A stretch of DNA of 64,000 nucleotides from Prochlorococcus sp. AG-679-M23. GTDB lineage: Bacteria > Cyanobacteriota > Cyanobacteriia > PCC-6307 > Cyanobiaceae. The notes under the pieces are model-generated. The model was not told where the DNA came from and did no database searches. It worked only from the letters and a program-made list of their open reading frames with translations. The stretch is from assembly GCA_003208875.1 (NCBI GenBank), contig QCUR01000007.1, forward strand, positions 28,354-92,353, written 5' to 3'. This document shows positions 44,168 to 55,368 of this stretch, piece by piece. A program made the position numbers and the translations under genes. Each line of letters opens with the position of its first letter. Position 1 is the first letter of the stretch.

Positions 44168-44270
44168 TCTTTAAAATTTCAGTTCAGTTGATTTTTCCAG
44201 AATATGAAGAAAAAATAAAATCAATTCAATACTTAATCGAGTTATATTTGTTACTCAGGAATGTAATCAG

Positions 44271-45374
44271 CTAAATTTTTATACAAATACCACTCTCAGA
44301 AGATCTTCTTATTGCTTCACAAACTCTTTGACTACTGAGTCCCTCAGACAATCCAGGGATTACGGGTGTTTGATTAATGATACTTTCAGCCCATAATTTG
44401 TGAATTCTCATAACGGGTGCAATTCTTCCATCAGACCAGGTTTTATCAAAATTGTAGAGAGGATCAGCAGGCAAATTATATGTTTTATCTTCTTTATTTG
44501 AAAATTTTAAATTAAAACCATGTACATAATCTTTTTGATTCTCACTCCTAAGGAAAAGTGAACCATCACTTCCGTATACTTCCAAACTAAATCCTCTCCC
44601 ATTTTTTGATATCGAGGATAATGAAACCTGACATGGTACAAGAGTGCTATCGTAATTAGTTATTTCAATGTTAGCTATACAAATATCTTCACTTGTTACT
44701 TCCAATATCTTGGAGGAATTAGGCGAATATCTTTCTTTGATTGATGTTGATATTTTTCCAGATACCTTTATCGATTCTCCAAAAAACCAGTTCAACATAT
44801 CGAATGCATGAGTTCCCAAAGCTCCAATTACTCCTCCCCCTTTTTCTTTTAATGAATACCAGTTCCATGCTCTCTTGGGATCAGATCTACTGCCCATTAA
44901 CCAATCAAGCTTAATTAAATAAATTTTACCTAAAATATTCTCATCAATTATTTTCTTGGTTTGTAGAAAAAGAGGCACTGCTCTATATTCAAAATCTACG
45001 CAAACACTCAAATTATTAATTAAGGATATTCTTTGGAGTTCTTCAATTTCTTCGGAAGTTAAGGCAACAGGTTTTTCTAATAAGAGATGTTTATTATTTT
45101 CTAGTGCTTCCTTTGCTAATTTAAATCTTGATTCAGGAGATGTAGCAATTATTATACCGTCGATATCTTTTGATTTAACTAATTTTTCCCAATCATGGTA
45201 AAAATTTAAACCGGTTTCTTTCTCTAATGATGGTCCTTTTTCTTTTTTATAGTGGTAAATTGCAGTTGGAATTAAGTAATCTGATTCTTTTAAAGCTTCT
45301 AAATGAATTTTTTTTCCAAATCCTAAGCCGGCAATTGCGATTCTTAATTTTCGTGAAATATTAATGTTAGTCAT
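44271..45374 (-). CDS. Gfo/Idh/MocA family oxidoreductase
   Basis: AGLGFG, LLEKP, GGGVIGALGTHAFD. Confidence 0.9.
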   Translation of the reverse strand: MTNINISRKLRIAIAGLGFGKKIHLEALKESDYLIPTAIYHYKKEKGPSLEKETGLNFYHDWEKLVKSKDIDGIIIATSPESRFKLAKEALENNKHLLLEKPVALTSEEIEELQRISLINNLSVCVDFEYRAVPLFLQTKKIIDENILGKIYLIKLDWLMGSRSDPKRAWNWYSLKEKGGGVIGALGTHAFDMLNWFFGESIKVSGKISTSIKERYSPNSSKILEVTSEDICIANIEITNYDSTLVPCQVSLSSISKNGRGFSLEVYGSDGSLFLRSENQKDYVHGFNLKFSNKEDKTYNLPADPLYNFDKTWSDGRIAPVMRIHKLWAESIINQTPVIPGLSEGLSSQRVCEAIRRSSESGICIKI

Positions 45375-45763
45375 TAATTTATTCTTTCAGAACAACCTTT
45401 TTCAATAACAACATCAATAAGCTCATCATTATTTGAAGTTTGCCACTTTGTACCGAACTGTGGGATCCCATTAATTGAAGTATCTTTATATGTTTTATCA
45501 TTACAATTAATTCTCATAACATAAAGAGATAATTCTTCTTTATCACTTGGTTCTTTAGGATTTTTAAGGAACTTTGTTAAAACTGTTATTTCTCCAGCAT
45601 TTGTTTCCTTAATACTTCCCATATCAATCCATTCCTTACCATCATTATTTTCTTTTAAAAGTACCCAATTTACATTACCAACAGCATATGCAAATTCAGA
45701 ATTATTTAAAATTAGAATTAAAAAGGTAAAACATAAAGAAAAAAATTTAAAAATAATTTTCAT
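45374..45763 (-). CDS. hypothetical secreted protein
   Basis: Signal peptide ending AYA; WIDMGSI, RINC. Confidence 0.75.
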   Translation of the reverse strand: MKIIFKFFSLCFTFLILILNNSEFAYAVGNVNWVLLKENNDGKEWIDMGSIKETNAGEITVLTKFLKNPKEPSDKEELSLYVMRINCNDKTYKDTSINGIPQFGTKWQTSNNDELIDVVIEKGCSERIN

Positions 45764-45767
45764 CTTT

Positions 45768-46646
45768 TTAATTTGTCTGAACCAGTTCTTTTACACCATG
45801 GACTTTTAAAAGTTTTGTCAAAGTGCTTTTAAGTTCCTTCCTATTTACGATTACATCAACGAATCCATGTTCTAAAAGATATTCTGCTGTTTGAAAATTA
45901 TCAGGTAATTTTTCTCTTAAAGTTTGTTCTATTACTCTTCTCCCTGCAAATCCTATAAGAGCTTTTGGCTCCGCCAATATTAGATCTCCTAACATCGCAA
46001 AACTAGCAGTAACTCCCCCTGTAGTTGGATGAGTTAATAAAGGCATGTAAAGAAGATTCTTAGCTCTATGTTTTTTTAGCGCACCTGATATTTTTGCCAT
46101 TTGCATAAGGCTTAACATTCCTTCTTGCATTCTTGCTCCACCAGAGGCACAAACAATTAAAATTGGATAGTTTTTAATTGTTGCTCTTTCAATAATTCTC
46201 GTAATCTTTTCTCCTACTACGGATCCCATTGATCCTCCCATAAATCTAAAATCCATTACTGCTAAGGCCAAAGGCATTGAATTAACGGAGCATAAACCGG
46301 TTATTACTCCATCTTTGAGACCAGTACCCTTTTGACTCTCCTTTATTCGTTCTGAATAAGATCTCCTATCCTTAAATTTTAATGGGTCAGTGGGACTTAA
46401 TGATTCATCAAACTCTTTAAATGAATCTTTGTCAGCGATTATATTTATTCTTTCATCGCTATTAATCCTATTATGATGGTCACAATTACTGCACACATTA
46501 AAATTTGAAATTAAATCTTTTCTATAAGCAACTTGCCCACATTCTGAACATTTAACCCAAAGACCATCACTTTCCTCAGGATCTTGAGATACCTTCCCAA
46601 CAAATTGATCTTTTCTCCTTGCGGCAAACCAGTCGATTAAAGACAC
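45768..46646 (-). CDS. accD: acetyl-CoA carboxylase carboxyltransferase beta
   Basis: [12 protein letters not shown] zinc finger, [17 protein letters not shown]. Confidence 0.98.
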   Translation of the reverse strand: MSLIDWFAARRKDQFVGKVSQDPEESDGLWVKCSECGQVAYRKDLISNFNVCSNCDHHNRINSDERINIIADKDSFKEFDESLSPTDPLKFKDRRSYSERIKESQKGTGLKDGVITGLCSVNSMPLALAVMDFRFMGGSMGSVVGEKITRIIERATIKNYPILIVCASGGARMQEGMLSLMQMAKISGALKKHRAKNLLYMPLLTHPTTGGVTASFAMLGDLILAEPKALIGFAGRRVIEQTLREKLPDNFQTAEYLLEHGFVDVIVNRKELKSTLTKLLKVHGVKELVQTN

Positions 46647-46775
46647 AATATTCTCTGTTTTTTTCTATTTAAGTCTAAATAAGGCCCTTTTATCAAGGAA
46701 GATATATAAATATTTGAAATTCCTTATTAGTTAAATTTTACAAATACCATAATAAGTTTATTTTCATGAATTTAT

Positions 46776-46805
46776 GCCTTCAAAAATTAAGATTATTTTG
46801 AAGGC
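46776..46805 (-). terminator. stem-loop 3' of prk (possible terminator or stabiliser)
   Basis: GCCTTCAAAA-N10-TTTTGAAGGC, about 25 nt after the prk stop; no clear U tract. Confidence 0.5.
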
Positions 46806-46829
46806 TTAATTAAAAGGAACTAAAACTAT

Positions 46830-47729
46830 CTATGAATGTTTTTTTTCTTCAATCATTTTATGGATTATTGGAGTGAGGATCAATTCCATGGCAAAACCCA
46901 TTTTTCCTCCATTAACAACTATGCTCGTTGGGCTTGACATGAATGAATCATGAATCATTCCCAGAAGATATTGAAAGTCAATCCCCCATTTTTCTCTTGC
47001 CCCTTTTCTGAAATGTATTATTACAAAACTTTCATCTGGTGTAGGAATGTTTCTACATATAAAGGGATTCGATGTATCAATAGTAGGTATTCTCTGGAAA
47101 TTTATATCCGTTTTACTAAATTGTGGACAAATATGATTTATGTAGTCTGGCATTCTTCTCAAAATAGTATCAACTATGGTTTCTGCTGAATAACCTCTTT
47201 CAGCATTATCCCGATGTATTTTTTGTATCCACTCTAAGTTTGTTATAGGAACAACACCAACAAGTAAGTCTGCATAGGAGGAAACATTGTACCCTTCTCC
47301 CTCAACACCACCATGTAAACCTTCGTAGAAAAGAACATCTGTTCCATTTGGAATATCTTCCCAGGGGGTAAATTGACCTGGTTCTAATGATGTTCCAAGT
47401 CTTGCATTATGTTCCTGTGCTTCTTCAGTGCTGTGAAGATAATATCTTTTTTTTCCTCCACCTGATTCACCATAAATTTTAAAAAGTTCTTCTAATTTAT
47501 CAAAAAGATTTGCTTCTGGCCCGAAGTGAGAAAAATTCTCCCCTTTTGAGAGTGCTTCTGCCATTGCTTTTTTCATAGGCATTCTTTCAAATCTGTGATA
47601 ACTATCTCCTTCCACAACAGCTGGAACTATATCTTCTCTTGCAAAAATATGCTCAAATGCTCTTTTTACTGTACTTGTTCCTGCACCTGATGATCCTGTT
47701 ACAGCAACTACTGGATGACGTTTAGACAT
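46830..47729 (-). CDS. prk: phosphoribulokinase (proteobacterial type)
   Basis: VTGSSGAGT, EGDSYHR, FYEGLHG, NLEWIQKIHRD, INFQRIPTIDTSNPF. Confidence 0.95.
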   Translation of the reverse strand: MSKRHPVVAVTGSSGAGTSTVKRAFEHIFAREDIVPAVVEGDSYHRFERMPMKKAMAEALSKGENFSHFGPEANLFDKLEELFKIYGESGGGKKRYYLHSTEEAQEHNARLGTSLEPGQFTPWEDIPNGTDVLFYEGLHGGVEGEGYNVSSYADLLVGVVPITNLEWIQKIHRDNAERGYSAETIVDTILRRMPDYINHICPQFSKTDINFQRIPTIDTSNPFICRNIPTPDESFVIIHFRKGAREKWGIDFQYLLGMIHDSFMSSPTSIVVNGGKMGFAMELILTPIIHKMIEEKKHS

Positions 47730-47819
47730 TTAATTAAAACAATATGAATTGATTCTGACAGGTCATATGCCAACTTTTTGTTCAAGTTAAAGATATTTTT
47801 TAATTTATTAATTTTTTCT

Positions 47820-48893
47820 TCAAATTTCTTGGATTATTTTTTCTCCAATTTCACTACAAGAAAGAACTTGGCAATTACCATTATCTAGATCTGAAGTTCT
47901 ATATCCTTTCGATAAAACATTATCAATTGCTATTTCTATATCATCTGCTGCTTCTATCTCATTAAGACCAATTTTAAGCATCATTGAAGTTGACAAAGCC
48001 ATTGCTATTGGATTAGCTATATTTTTTCCAGCTATATCAGGAGCAGAACCATGAACAGGTTCGAACACTCCAGGTCCTAAATTGCTTAATGATGCTGATG
48101 GAAGCATTCCAATCGAGCCAGTTATCATTGCGGCTAAGTCACTCAAAATATCTCCGAATAAATTGCTAGTTAAAATTACATCAAATTGGCCCGGATCCTT
48201 TACGAGTTGCATGGCGGCATTGTCAACATACATATTACTTAAAGCCAAATCGTTTTCTTTTGAAGCGACTAATGAAACTGTATCTCTCCATAATTGGCTT
48301 ACTTCTAAAACGTTAGATTTATCTACCGAACATATTTTTTTACTTCTTTGATTTGCTATCTTAATCGCAACTTCTGTAATTCTTTCTATTTCATTTGAAT
48401 CATAAACCATTGTATTAAAAGCTTTTTTAAGTTTAGTGTTCGTGATTTGTCCTCTAGGCTGTCCAAAATAGATTCCACCTATTAGCTCTCTTACTACAAT
48501 TAAATCTACATTTTCAATAACTTCTTTTTTTAAAGAACTTGAATCCAATAAGGATTTTCTTATCTTTACGGGTCTTATATTAGCGAATAAATTTAATGCC
48601 GCTCTTAATTTAAGTAAACCACTTTCTGGCCTTAATTCTCTGGGTAAAGTGTCGTATTTCACATCACCTACACAAGCTAAAAGAACAGCATCACTAGCTT
48701 TACACTGATCTAATGTCTCTTTTGGCGCTGGATCATTATGTTTCTCATAAGCTATACCACCAAAATATTCTTCCTTAATATCAAGATTAAAACCATACTT
48801 CTTAGAAAGTTTTTTTAATATCTTTGTTGAAATTTCTGATATTTCTGGTCCAATACCATCACCAGAAAGTAGAACAACTTTATAACTATTCAT
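47820..48893 (-). CDS. leuB: 3-isopropylmalate dehydrogenase
   Basis: GDGIGPE, RELIGGIYFG, NLFGDILSD, EPVHGSAPDIAG. Confidence 0.97.
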   Translation of the reverse strand: MNSYKVVLLSGDGIGPEISEISTKILKKLSKKYGFNLDIKEEYFGGIAYEKHNDPAPKETLDQCKASDAVLLACVGDVKYDTLPRELRPESGLLKLRAALNLFANIRPVKIRKSLLDSSSLKKEVIENVDLIVVRELIGGIYFGQPRGQITNTKLKKAFNTMVYDSNEIERITEVAIKIANQRSKKICSVDKSNVLEVSQLWRDTVSLVASKENDLALSNMYVDNAAMQLVKDPGQFDVILTSNLFGDILSDLAAMITGSIGMLPSASLSNLGPGVFEPVHGSAPDIAGKNIANPIAMALSTSMMLKIGLNEIEAADDIEIAIDNVLSKGYRTSDLDNGNCQVLSCSEIGEKIIQEI

Positions 48894-48921
48894 TTAGATT
48901 TTAATTTATTAAAAGAATAAT

Positions 48922-49956
48922 TTATTTCTTGTCTAGTTGTCTAAGCTTTTTTGCTAATTCAGGTAACTTTTTAAATATACTTGAACTTCTTAACCAAGAT
49001 TTATTTTTCATAGCTGGGAAGCCGCTAACGACTTCGCCATCTTCAATATCACAATGAATACCACATTTTGAACTAGCTATGACATTATTACCAACTTTAA
49101 CTCTGTTATTTACTCCAACTTGCCCAGCTAGGATTACGCCATTTCCAATCACAGCTCCTCCTGCTATCCCAACTTGTGCAGCAAATGCACAATTTTTTCC
49201 TATCTTTACTCCATGACCTATTTGAACTAAGTTATCCATTTTAGTTCCTTCGTCTATAAAAGTGTTGCCGACGGATGGCCTATCAATACAACAGTTGGTC
49301 CCAATTTCTACAAAGCTCTTAATTATTACGGCCCCTTTTTGTGGCATTTTAATCCATTTACCATCTTGGGGTATAAAACCAAACCCTTCAGAACCTATAA
49401 CAGTGTTCGAATTTATTACGCAATTATTTTCAATAATTGTATTTTCATAGATTACACAATTTGGATGAATTATATTGTTATTACCTAGCCGTACATTTCC
49501 TAAAATTATTGTGCCAGGAAAAATTTTGTTATTGTCGCCAATTATTGAATTTTCGCCAATATAAACATTGGGTCCTAAATAACAATTTTCCCCTACCTTT
49601 GCAGATCTTCTAATAACAGCTGAATCATCAATACCTGGATTGAAATTAATTTCTTCATATAAATAATTTAGTACTTCTGCAAATGCAATTCTAGGATTCT
49701 CCACAACTATATTTGAAATATTTAGTGACTCTAGTAAACGTAATATTTCACTATTATTTGATGTGATAATTGCTGAAACATTAGTTTCACCTAAATTCTC
49801 TTTTAAAATATTATTTTCTTCTAAAAAAGATATTTGATTTCTTGAAGCGATATCTAGAGAAGCAGCATTTTCAATATCTATGTTTTCGAATATATTTGCC
49901 TTGATATATTTTGAATCTCCGCTCTTTATGAGATCAACTAATTTACTTAATAACAT
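48922..49956 (-). CDS. lpxD: UDP-3-O-acylglucosamine N-acyltransferase
   Basis: Hexapeptide repeats, IGSEGFGF, IDR, KMDNLVQIGH. Confidence 0.95.
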   Translation of the reverse strand: MLLSKLVDLIKSGDSKYIKANIFENIDIENAASLDIASRNQISFLEENNILKENLGETNVSAIITSNNSEILRLLESLNISNIVVENPRIAFAEVLNYLYEEINFNPGIDDSAVIRRSAKVGENCYLGPNVYIGENSIIGDNNKIFPGTIILGNVRLGNNNIIHPNCVIYENTIIENNCVINSNTVIGSEGFGFIPQDGKWIKMPQKGAVIIKSFVEIGTNCCIDRPSVGNTFIDEGTKMDNLVQIGHGVKIGKNCAFAAQVGIAGGAVIGNGVILAGQVGVNNRVKVGNNVIASSKCGIHCDIEDGEVVSGFPAMKNKSWLRSSSIFKKLPELAKKLRQLDKK

Positions 49957-49967
49957 TTTTAATTTTT

Positions 49968-51050
49968 TTAGGTAAGAGCAAGAACATCCCTATGAACAAC
50001 GATCATTGATGAATTAATAGTTTCTTTTTTATTTAAGATCCTTTTTAGAGAATCACTACTCATTGATGTTATACCTTTTGCAACTTCTTTCTTATTTGTA
50101 TTTACAATTCTAACAGCCTGATTAATAGTAAAATCTCCCTCTACCTCTTTAACTCCTACTACTAAAAGAGATGCACCTTTTTTCTCAATTGCTAAACAAG
50201 CTCCTTCATCTAATGTTATTTGTCCAACAGTTTTAATTGCATGAGATAACCAACTTTTTTTATTACCTACTGGTTTATCTACAGGATGAAATATTGTACC
50301 TATTTTTTTATCATTGAAAATATTTATCAAATTTTTTTCATTTCTGCCATCTGCTAATTGAACTTCCACGCCTCCTTTTGTAGCGATTTCGGCAGCGATT
50401 AATTTTGTTGTAATACCACCTGTCCCCCATTCGTTATTATAATTTTTTATGTTTTTATCTTTGATAATTTTTAATTCATTAATATTAACTTCTTTTATTG
50501 GATGAGCATCTTTATTATTTCTTGGATCTTTAGAATATAAATTTTCAATATCAGTTAATAAAATTAGCTTATTAGCATTTATTGCTAAAGCAACTAAAGC
50601 AGAAAGAGTATCGTTGTCTCCATATTTAAGTTCTTCATTAGCAATAGAATCATTCTCGTTGACTATAGGTACGACATTCAGATCAATTAACTTTTTAAAT
50701 GTTTTTGAAGCATTATTGAAGGATTCACGCGTATCAAAATCAGTTTTTGTTATTAGTATTTGAGCTATATTATGACCTAGCTTTTTCATTGTCTTTTCAT
50801 ATAAAGTCATTAAATTAACTTGTCCCACTGCTGCCACTGCTTGAAGCGTACTAAGTTCCTTTGGTCTTGTATTCAAATTTAATTTTTTACATCCTAATCC
50901 AACTGCTCCACTTGTTACGAGAATGACTTTATTGCCTTTTAGAATAAAGCTTGTTAAAGATTTGCATAAACTTTCTATTACTTGTTCAGTAGATTGAACC
51001 TCATTTCCTCTGAGAATACTAGTACCAATTTTTACGACCCATGTTTTCAT
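49968..51050 (-). CDS. proB: glutamate 5-kinase
   Basis: [34 protein letters not shown] domain. Confidence 0.97.
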   Translation of the reverse strand: MKTWVVKIGTSILRGNEVQSTEQVIESLCKSLTSFILKGNKVILVTSGAVGLGCKKLNLNTRPKELSTLQAVAAVGQVNLMTLYEKTMKKLGHNIAQILITKTDFDTRESFNNASKTFKKLIDLNVVPIVNENDSIANEELKYGDNDTLSALVALAINANKLILLTDIENLYSKDPRNNKDAHPIKEVNINELKIIKDKNIKNYNNEWGTGGITTKLIAAEIATKGGVEVQLADGRNEKNLINIFNDKKIGTIFHPVDKPVGNKKSWLSHAIKTVGQITLDEGACLAIEKKGASLLVVGVKEVEGDFTINQAVRIVNTNKKEVAKGITSMSSDSLKRILNKKETINSSMIVVHRDVLALT

Positions 51051-51541
51051 TTTAAGAATATAGAAATCATTTTTTCTAGAATTAATGTTAAATTCAGCTT
51101 TATCGGTAAACCCTTTCTGCTTAGACGTTTTACTAAGATTGTCTGAACATTACATCTATTTCCTACAATAATATCCGTAAAAATTCTATCTCCAATTATA
51201 GCAATATTTTTTGAATCCTGATTCATTTCTGAAATTACAGCCAAAGTGATTTTTTTCCTTGGTTTAAGTGCGTTTGATTTATATCTGATATCTAATTCTT
51301 TAGCTATCTTTCTAATGCGCTCATTAGAGGGGTTATTACTAATTAAGTACAAAGAGAATAACTTTTTAGATTCTTTTATCCAATTTTTTACATTTGTTGG
51401 AATTATATTTGATTGGCGGCTTAATAATGTACCATCGACATCTATTAATAGGCTTTTAATTCCTTCATTTTGTAGTTTAAGATGAGATATTTCGTATATA
51501 GGTAATTTAGAGTCCCAATCGACATTTACAAGAGAACTCAT
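51047..51541 (-). CDS. YqeG family HAD IIIA phosphatase
   Basis: [21 protein letters not shown]. Confidence 0.9.
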   Translation of the reverse strand: MSSLVNVDWDSKLPIYEISHLKLQNEGIKSLLIDVDGTLLSRQSNIIPTNVKNWIKESKKLFSLYLISNNPSNERIRKIAKELDIRYKSNALKPRKKITLAVISEMNQDSKNIAIIGDRIFTDIIVGNRCNVQTILVKRLSRKGLPIKLNLTLILEKMISIFLK

Positions 51542-51545
51542 TATT

Positions 51546-52082
51546 TTACAAACTACTCTTTTCTAACTCGGATTCAATTAAAGGTTGAACTTTATCAAAC
51601 TCATCATCCTCAATTAATAATGCCCCTTCATCTACAAGTTTCCCAACGATAAAAAAAGGATCAAGAGGAATATATAATCCATATTCTTGTTCCAATAAAT
51701 TAAAACTTACAAGTAATTCGTATGTTTCACTTTCCTCATCCATTTCATCTTCTTCTAACTCATCATAAATTGGCTCTTCGAGTTCACCAGATACAGTTAA
51801 TGTAACTGCGGATCTTATAAGTTTTAGATCATGTTCTTGTAGAACTGCATCAGCATTCTTTAAGACTTGCTCGTTTTTCTCAATTTTTTCAATTAATTCT
51901 GGCTCATCCTTTTCATTAATTTTGAATAAACTGACTGGTGTATCTACGGGTGTTAATAATGCATATTCTTTTTCTTCAACCTTTACTATTTGTTCAAGAT
52001 AACAAAATAGTTCATTTCCATTTGAATCATTTAAAATAAGTGTCTGTGCCTCATAATTATCTTTGGAGTTATGATCGTTCAT
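51546..52082 (-). CDS. DUF3727 family acidic protein
   Basis: LFCYLEQ, YALLTPVDTPV, SAVTLTVSG, YIPLDP. Confidence 0.85.
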   Translation of the reverse strand: MNDHNSKDNYEAQTLILNDSNGNELFCYLEQIVKVEEKEYALLTPVDTPVSLFKINEKDEPELIEKIEKNEQVLKNADAVLQEHDLKLIRSAVTLTVSGELEEPIYDELEEDEMDEESETYELLVSFNLLEQEYGLYIPLDPFFIVGKLVDEGALLIEDDEFDKVQPLIESELEKSSL

Positions 52083-52115
52083 TTTTGATTTAACTTATAT
52101 AGATTTATATTAATA

Positions 52116-52571
52116 TTATATTTGTTTATTACCCACTAATTCTTTTAACTCAGGACCTTCCTGAATCCATTGTTCAAGAATTATTTTGGCAGATAAGCTA
52201 TCAATAAGTCCAGATTTATCTTTCTTTACACCAAATCTATTTGTTGATTCCCACGTTGAGCTATGTTCATTGACGAAGGAAAAAGGAAGTTTTAATTCAT
52301 TAAAAAGAAATTCACCGTAAGTTTTGCAATCAAGAGCTTGAGATGTCATCCCCCCCGACTCGTCAAGTGGTAAACCAACGATAAAACCAGTTAAATTAAG
52401 TTTTTTAATGTGTTCTTTAATAATATTTATTTCGTTATGATTTCTTTCTCTCTTTAATGCAGGAAGAATATTTACCGTAATAAAAAGTGAATCACAATAT
52501 GCTAATCCTATCCTTTTTAGCCCAACATCTAAACTTAATATTGACTTAGATTTGGGCTTGCAATATTTCAC
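52116..52571 (-). CDS. ruvX: YqgF/RuvX family nuclease
   Basis: [37 protein letters not shown]. Confidence 0.92.
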   Translation of the reverse strand: MKYCKPKSKSILSLDVGLKRIGLAYCDSLFITVNILPALKRERNHNEINIIKEHIKKLNLTGFIVGLPLDESGGMTSQALDCKTYGEFLFNELKLPFSFVNEHSSTWESTNRFGVKKDKSGLIDSLSAKIILEQWIQEGPELKELVGNKQI

Positions 52572-53629
52572 TTAGACTTCAAAGGAAATGGGGAAGGGTA
52601 AGCGTTACCTTGTGGATTTAATTTTTCAAAAATTGATTCTAATGATTGGTTTATTTTATTAGTCTGCTTAGATTCGTTCCTGACAATAGTATTTCTAACA
52701 AGGATAATTTCTTGGTAATTATCTCTAAAACCAGAATTCTCTAAATATGCATTTAATTCAGCATTTTCTTCATAAGTCTTAATTATAGAATAAGGAGATT
52801 TTTCAAAAAAATTATTCAATATTTTTTTTAAAATAGGACTTAATCTAGCATCCCAACTTTTACCAATTGTTAATGTATAAATTTTATTATCTTGAAAATT
52901 TATATCTTTTAAAATTGTGCATAACACAGCATTGTTGCGAATTATTGTTCCACTATTCGAATCATTTCTATTAGAAATATCTTTTTGATCAAGATCCAAT
53001 ATCGTCCTTATTAATGGAGATTGACTTGAACGAATAAAATTAAGTACATTTACTAAATTTAATTTGGTTATTGCTTGAAATTCATCAATAAAATAATGAT
53101 TTTCATTTTTATTTTTATTTTTAATGGACTTATTAATATTATTTTTACTCCACAGTTTCACCTTTTCTAATGGTTGGAACCCTAATTCTCTTGCACTTGA
53201 AATAAGGTGATTATTGTCTATATCAGAATTAATTACCCAGCTTGCAGTTTTTATATCTGTAATAGAAATTGATTTCTTTATCAATCCTAATATCAAATCT
53301 TTTTCAGTTAAAGAAGACTTTATAGTTGTTAAATTAGGCTTCGATATCCTTAAACAAGAACCCTTGAAGTTTAAAGGAAATATATTCAAATAACCTACAA
53401 TTTTTTTTTCTTCTATTGCAATAATACATTTATGCTTATTTTTTTTTAAATTTTTTAAAAAAATTTTTAAGTCATGAAAAGTGTTTATAATTGCCATTTT
53501 TAAAAACCAATTATTTAACTTCTCACTTCTAAAATCCATTAATAGATTTAAATGACGAATATGAAGCTCCTCAAAGGTAACTTTGCTATCCTTACTAGAA
53601 TTCAAAATATGATTTGAATCTTGTGTCAT
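52568..53629 (-). CDS. hypothetical protein, GNAT-like
   Basis: [12 protein letters not shown] and ARELGFQPL resemble GNAT elements. Confidence 0.7.
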   Translation of the reverse strand: MTQDSNHILNSSKDSKVTFEELHIRHLNLLMDFRSEKLNNWFLKMAIINTFHDLKIFLKNLKKNKHKCIIAIEEKKIVGYLNIFPLNFKGSCLRISKPNLTTIKSSLTEKDLILGLIKKSISITDIKTASWVINSDIDNNHLISSARELGFQPLEKVKLWSKNNINKSIKNKNKNENHYFIDEFQAITKLNLVNVLNFIRSSQSPLIRTILDLDQKDISNRNDSNSGTIIRNNAVLCTILKDINFQDNKIYTLTIGKSWDARLSPILKKILNNFFEKSPYSIIKTYEENAELNAYLENSGFRDNYQEIILVRNTIVRNESKQTNKINQSLESIFEKLNPQGNAYPSPFPLKSK

Positions 53630-54790
53630 TTATTTATTATTCCTTATTAATACTATAGGTGTTTTTTCGTCAGAATTGCCTGCGGGATTAACCTTTAGGA
53701 TTTCTTTGAGTATATTATTAATTGAATTATTTGAACTGGCTAATATTTTTACACCACCAAGATCATTTACATCAACTACTGCTACTTCTACTTCAAGCTG
53801 TTTTGATAACTTATCACAAAACAATTTCGTATTTATTGGACCCATAACTATGCTTTTATCATATGGAACAACTGTTCCACTTATGTCATCAATTAGTGAG
53901 GATTCAAAACCAGTTAATCTATAAAATATCCCTTTAATCCCAATACATTTAAATAAAAAACCTAAAATTAATGAAAAGGTTATCCTCGTTACACCTATTT
54001 TATCGATAAGCAATTGCATACCACAAGCGGTGGCAAGGCTACTTGTGGGATGAAAAAAATAACATAATATTTTTGAAAAAATATTGTATTCTAAATTTTG
54101 AGGTGCAACATATCTTCCTTGCATAATTGCTAGTGGTGTCTCACCTATAGTTAAAATATCATTCTCTCTTGTTACATTTTTGCAGTAATCCATAACAGTT
54201 TCAATTGGATTATCAAATGAGCCAAGCAAATCAGTTTTAACAGCTATAGCTTTATAACCAGGTTTTAAAGGAATTTCAATTAATTCTTTTTTATTATGAC
54301 GATTTAAATTCACTAATAAACAATCTTGTTTTTTAGTGATCCCAAAATGACCGTAATTTTCCCAAAAAATTTTTAACCATATATATTTGATTTTGTTTTT
54401 TAAATCACTATTTTTAAATTTTAAAATTACTTGTATTAATAGGTCTGAATTTGCTTTTATAATTGTTGTTGGCCAATAATTATGTATATTTTTTTTTATA
54501 GATCCAGAATAAATATAAATACTTTCCTCATAATCTAAATCTTTAAGATATTGATTATTTTTAGATTGAAAAAAATTTAAATCTAGATTTAGATTAGAAA
54601 CCATAGTTTCTTTATCTTTACTTTTATTGATTATTTTTAAATTAATAATTACTTCACTATTTTTATCTTTATTTCTACACTTATAATCTAAAGGTACTAA
54701 AACTAAATTTGATTTGAGGGATTTATTAAAATAAAAATCTAGAAATATTTTTAAAAATAAAAATAAGAAAATAATTTTTAGAATAATCAT
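53630..54790 (-). CDS. F420-0:gamma-glutamyl ligase (CofE)-like protein with N-terminal TM
   Basis: IGETPLAIMQGR, IDDISG, VVDVNDLG, NPAGNSDEKTP. Confidence 0.75.
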   Translation of the reverse strand: MIILKIIFLFLFLKIFLDFYFNKSLKSNLVLVPLDYKCRNKDKNSEVIINLKIINKSKDKETMVSNLNLDLNFFQSKNNQYLKDLDYEESIYIYSGSIKKNIHNYWPTTIIKANSDLLIQVILKFKNSDLKNKIKYIWLKIFWENYGHFGITKKQDCLLVNLNRHNKKELIEIPLKPGYKAIAVKTDLLGSFDNPIETVMDYCKNVTRENDILTIGETPLAIMQGRYVAPQNLEYNIFSKILCYFFHPTSSLATACGMQLLIDKIGVTRITFSLILGFLFKCIGIKGIFYRLTGFESSLIDDISGTVVPYDKSIVMGPINTKLFCDKLSKQLEVEVAVVDVNDLGGVKILASSNNSINNILKEILKVNPAGNSDEKTPIVLIRNNK

Positions 54791-54820
54791 ATGTTTTTTA
54801 TTTCAAAAACTCATTAGAGA

Positions 54821-55354
54821 TCATTTTTTTTCTGAGATAATACTGTTGTATTCGTTAAAGCTTTCAACTGAGAATGATGTCTCATTAATGTCTATCCCTT
54901 TTAATTCTCCAATAATCTTATTCAAATCATCAATATTAACCAATCCATTCTTATCAAATTTAACTTCGCCAGTGCTATCCAAAATTATAGTCTGAGGAAT
55001 TAAACCATTCCAATAATAATTAGGTAGATTCGAGTCTGTTTTAGAGGATTGACTTTGTAATTCATCTGTAGTAAGAGCAATTAAGTCAATATTATTTCTC
55101 CAAATCAGATCTAATCCAGAGATTATTGGAGCCATAGCTTTACTGTCAGAGCTGTCGTCAAGATAAAAAAATAAAACAGAGATCCTTCCGTTTTTTAATG
55201 ATTCTTCAAGAGTAGTTTGAGGAGGAACTATAGCTCCATTTCCTGCATATATTGGAAAAATATTTCCGTCATAGCTATTTGTATCTCTACTTGCATTGGC
55301 GGGGTAAGAGGTGAAAAATATTAATAAGATAAGTATTGATTGAAATAACTTCAT
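54821..55354 (-). CDS. thioredoxin-fold thylakoid protein (PSI accumulation factor-like)
   Basis: Signal peptide, YDGNIFPIYAGNG, FYLDDSSDS in place of CxxC, IPQT. Confidence 0.75.
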   Translation of the reverse strand: MKLFQSILILLIFFTSYPANASRDTNSYDGNIFPIYAGNGAIVPPQTTLEESLKNGRISVLFFYLDDSSDSKAMAPIISGLDLIWRNNIDLIALTTDELQSQSSKTDSNLPNYYWNGLIPQTIILDSTGEVKFDKNGLVNIDDLNKIIGELKGIDINETSFSVESFNEYNSIISEKK

Positions 55355-55368
55355 TAAAGGATGGAAAT

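Noticed and set aside
46647..46829. 183-nt accD-prk gap examined for a small gene or pseudogene remnant
   Set aside because: Only very short frames found; just the stem-loop is supported.
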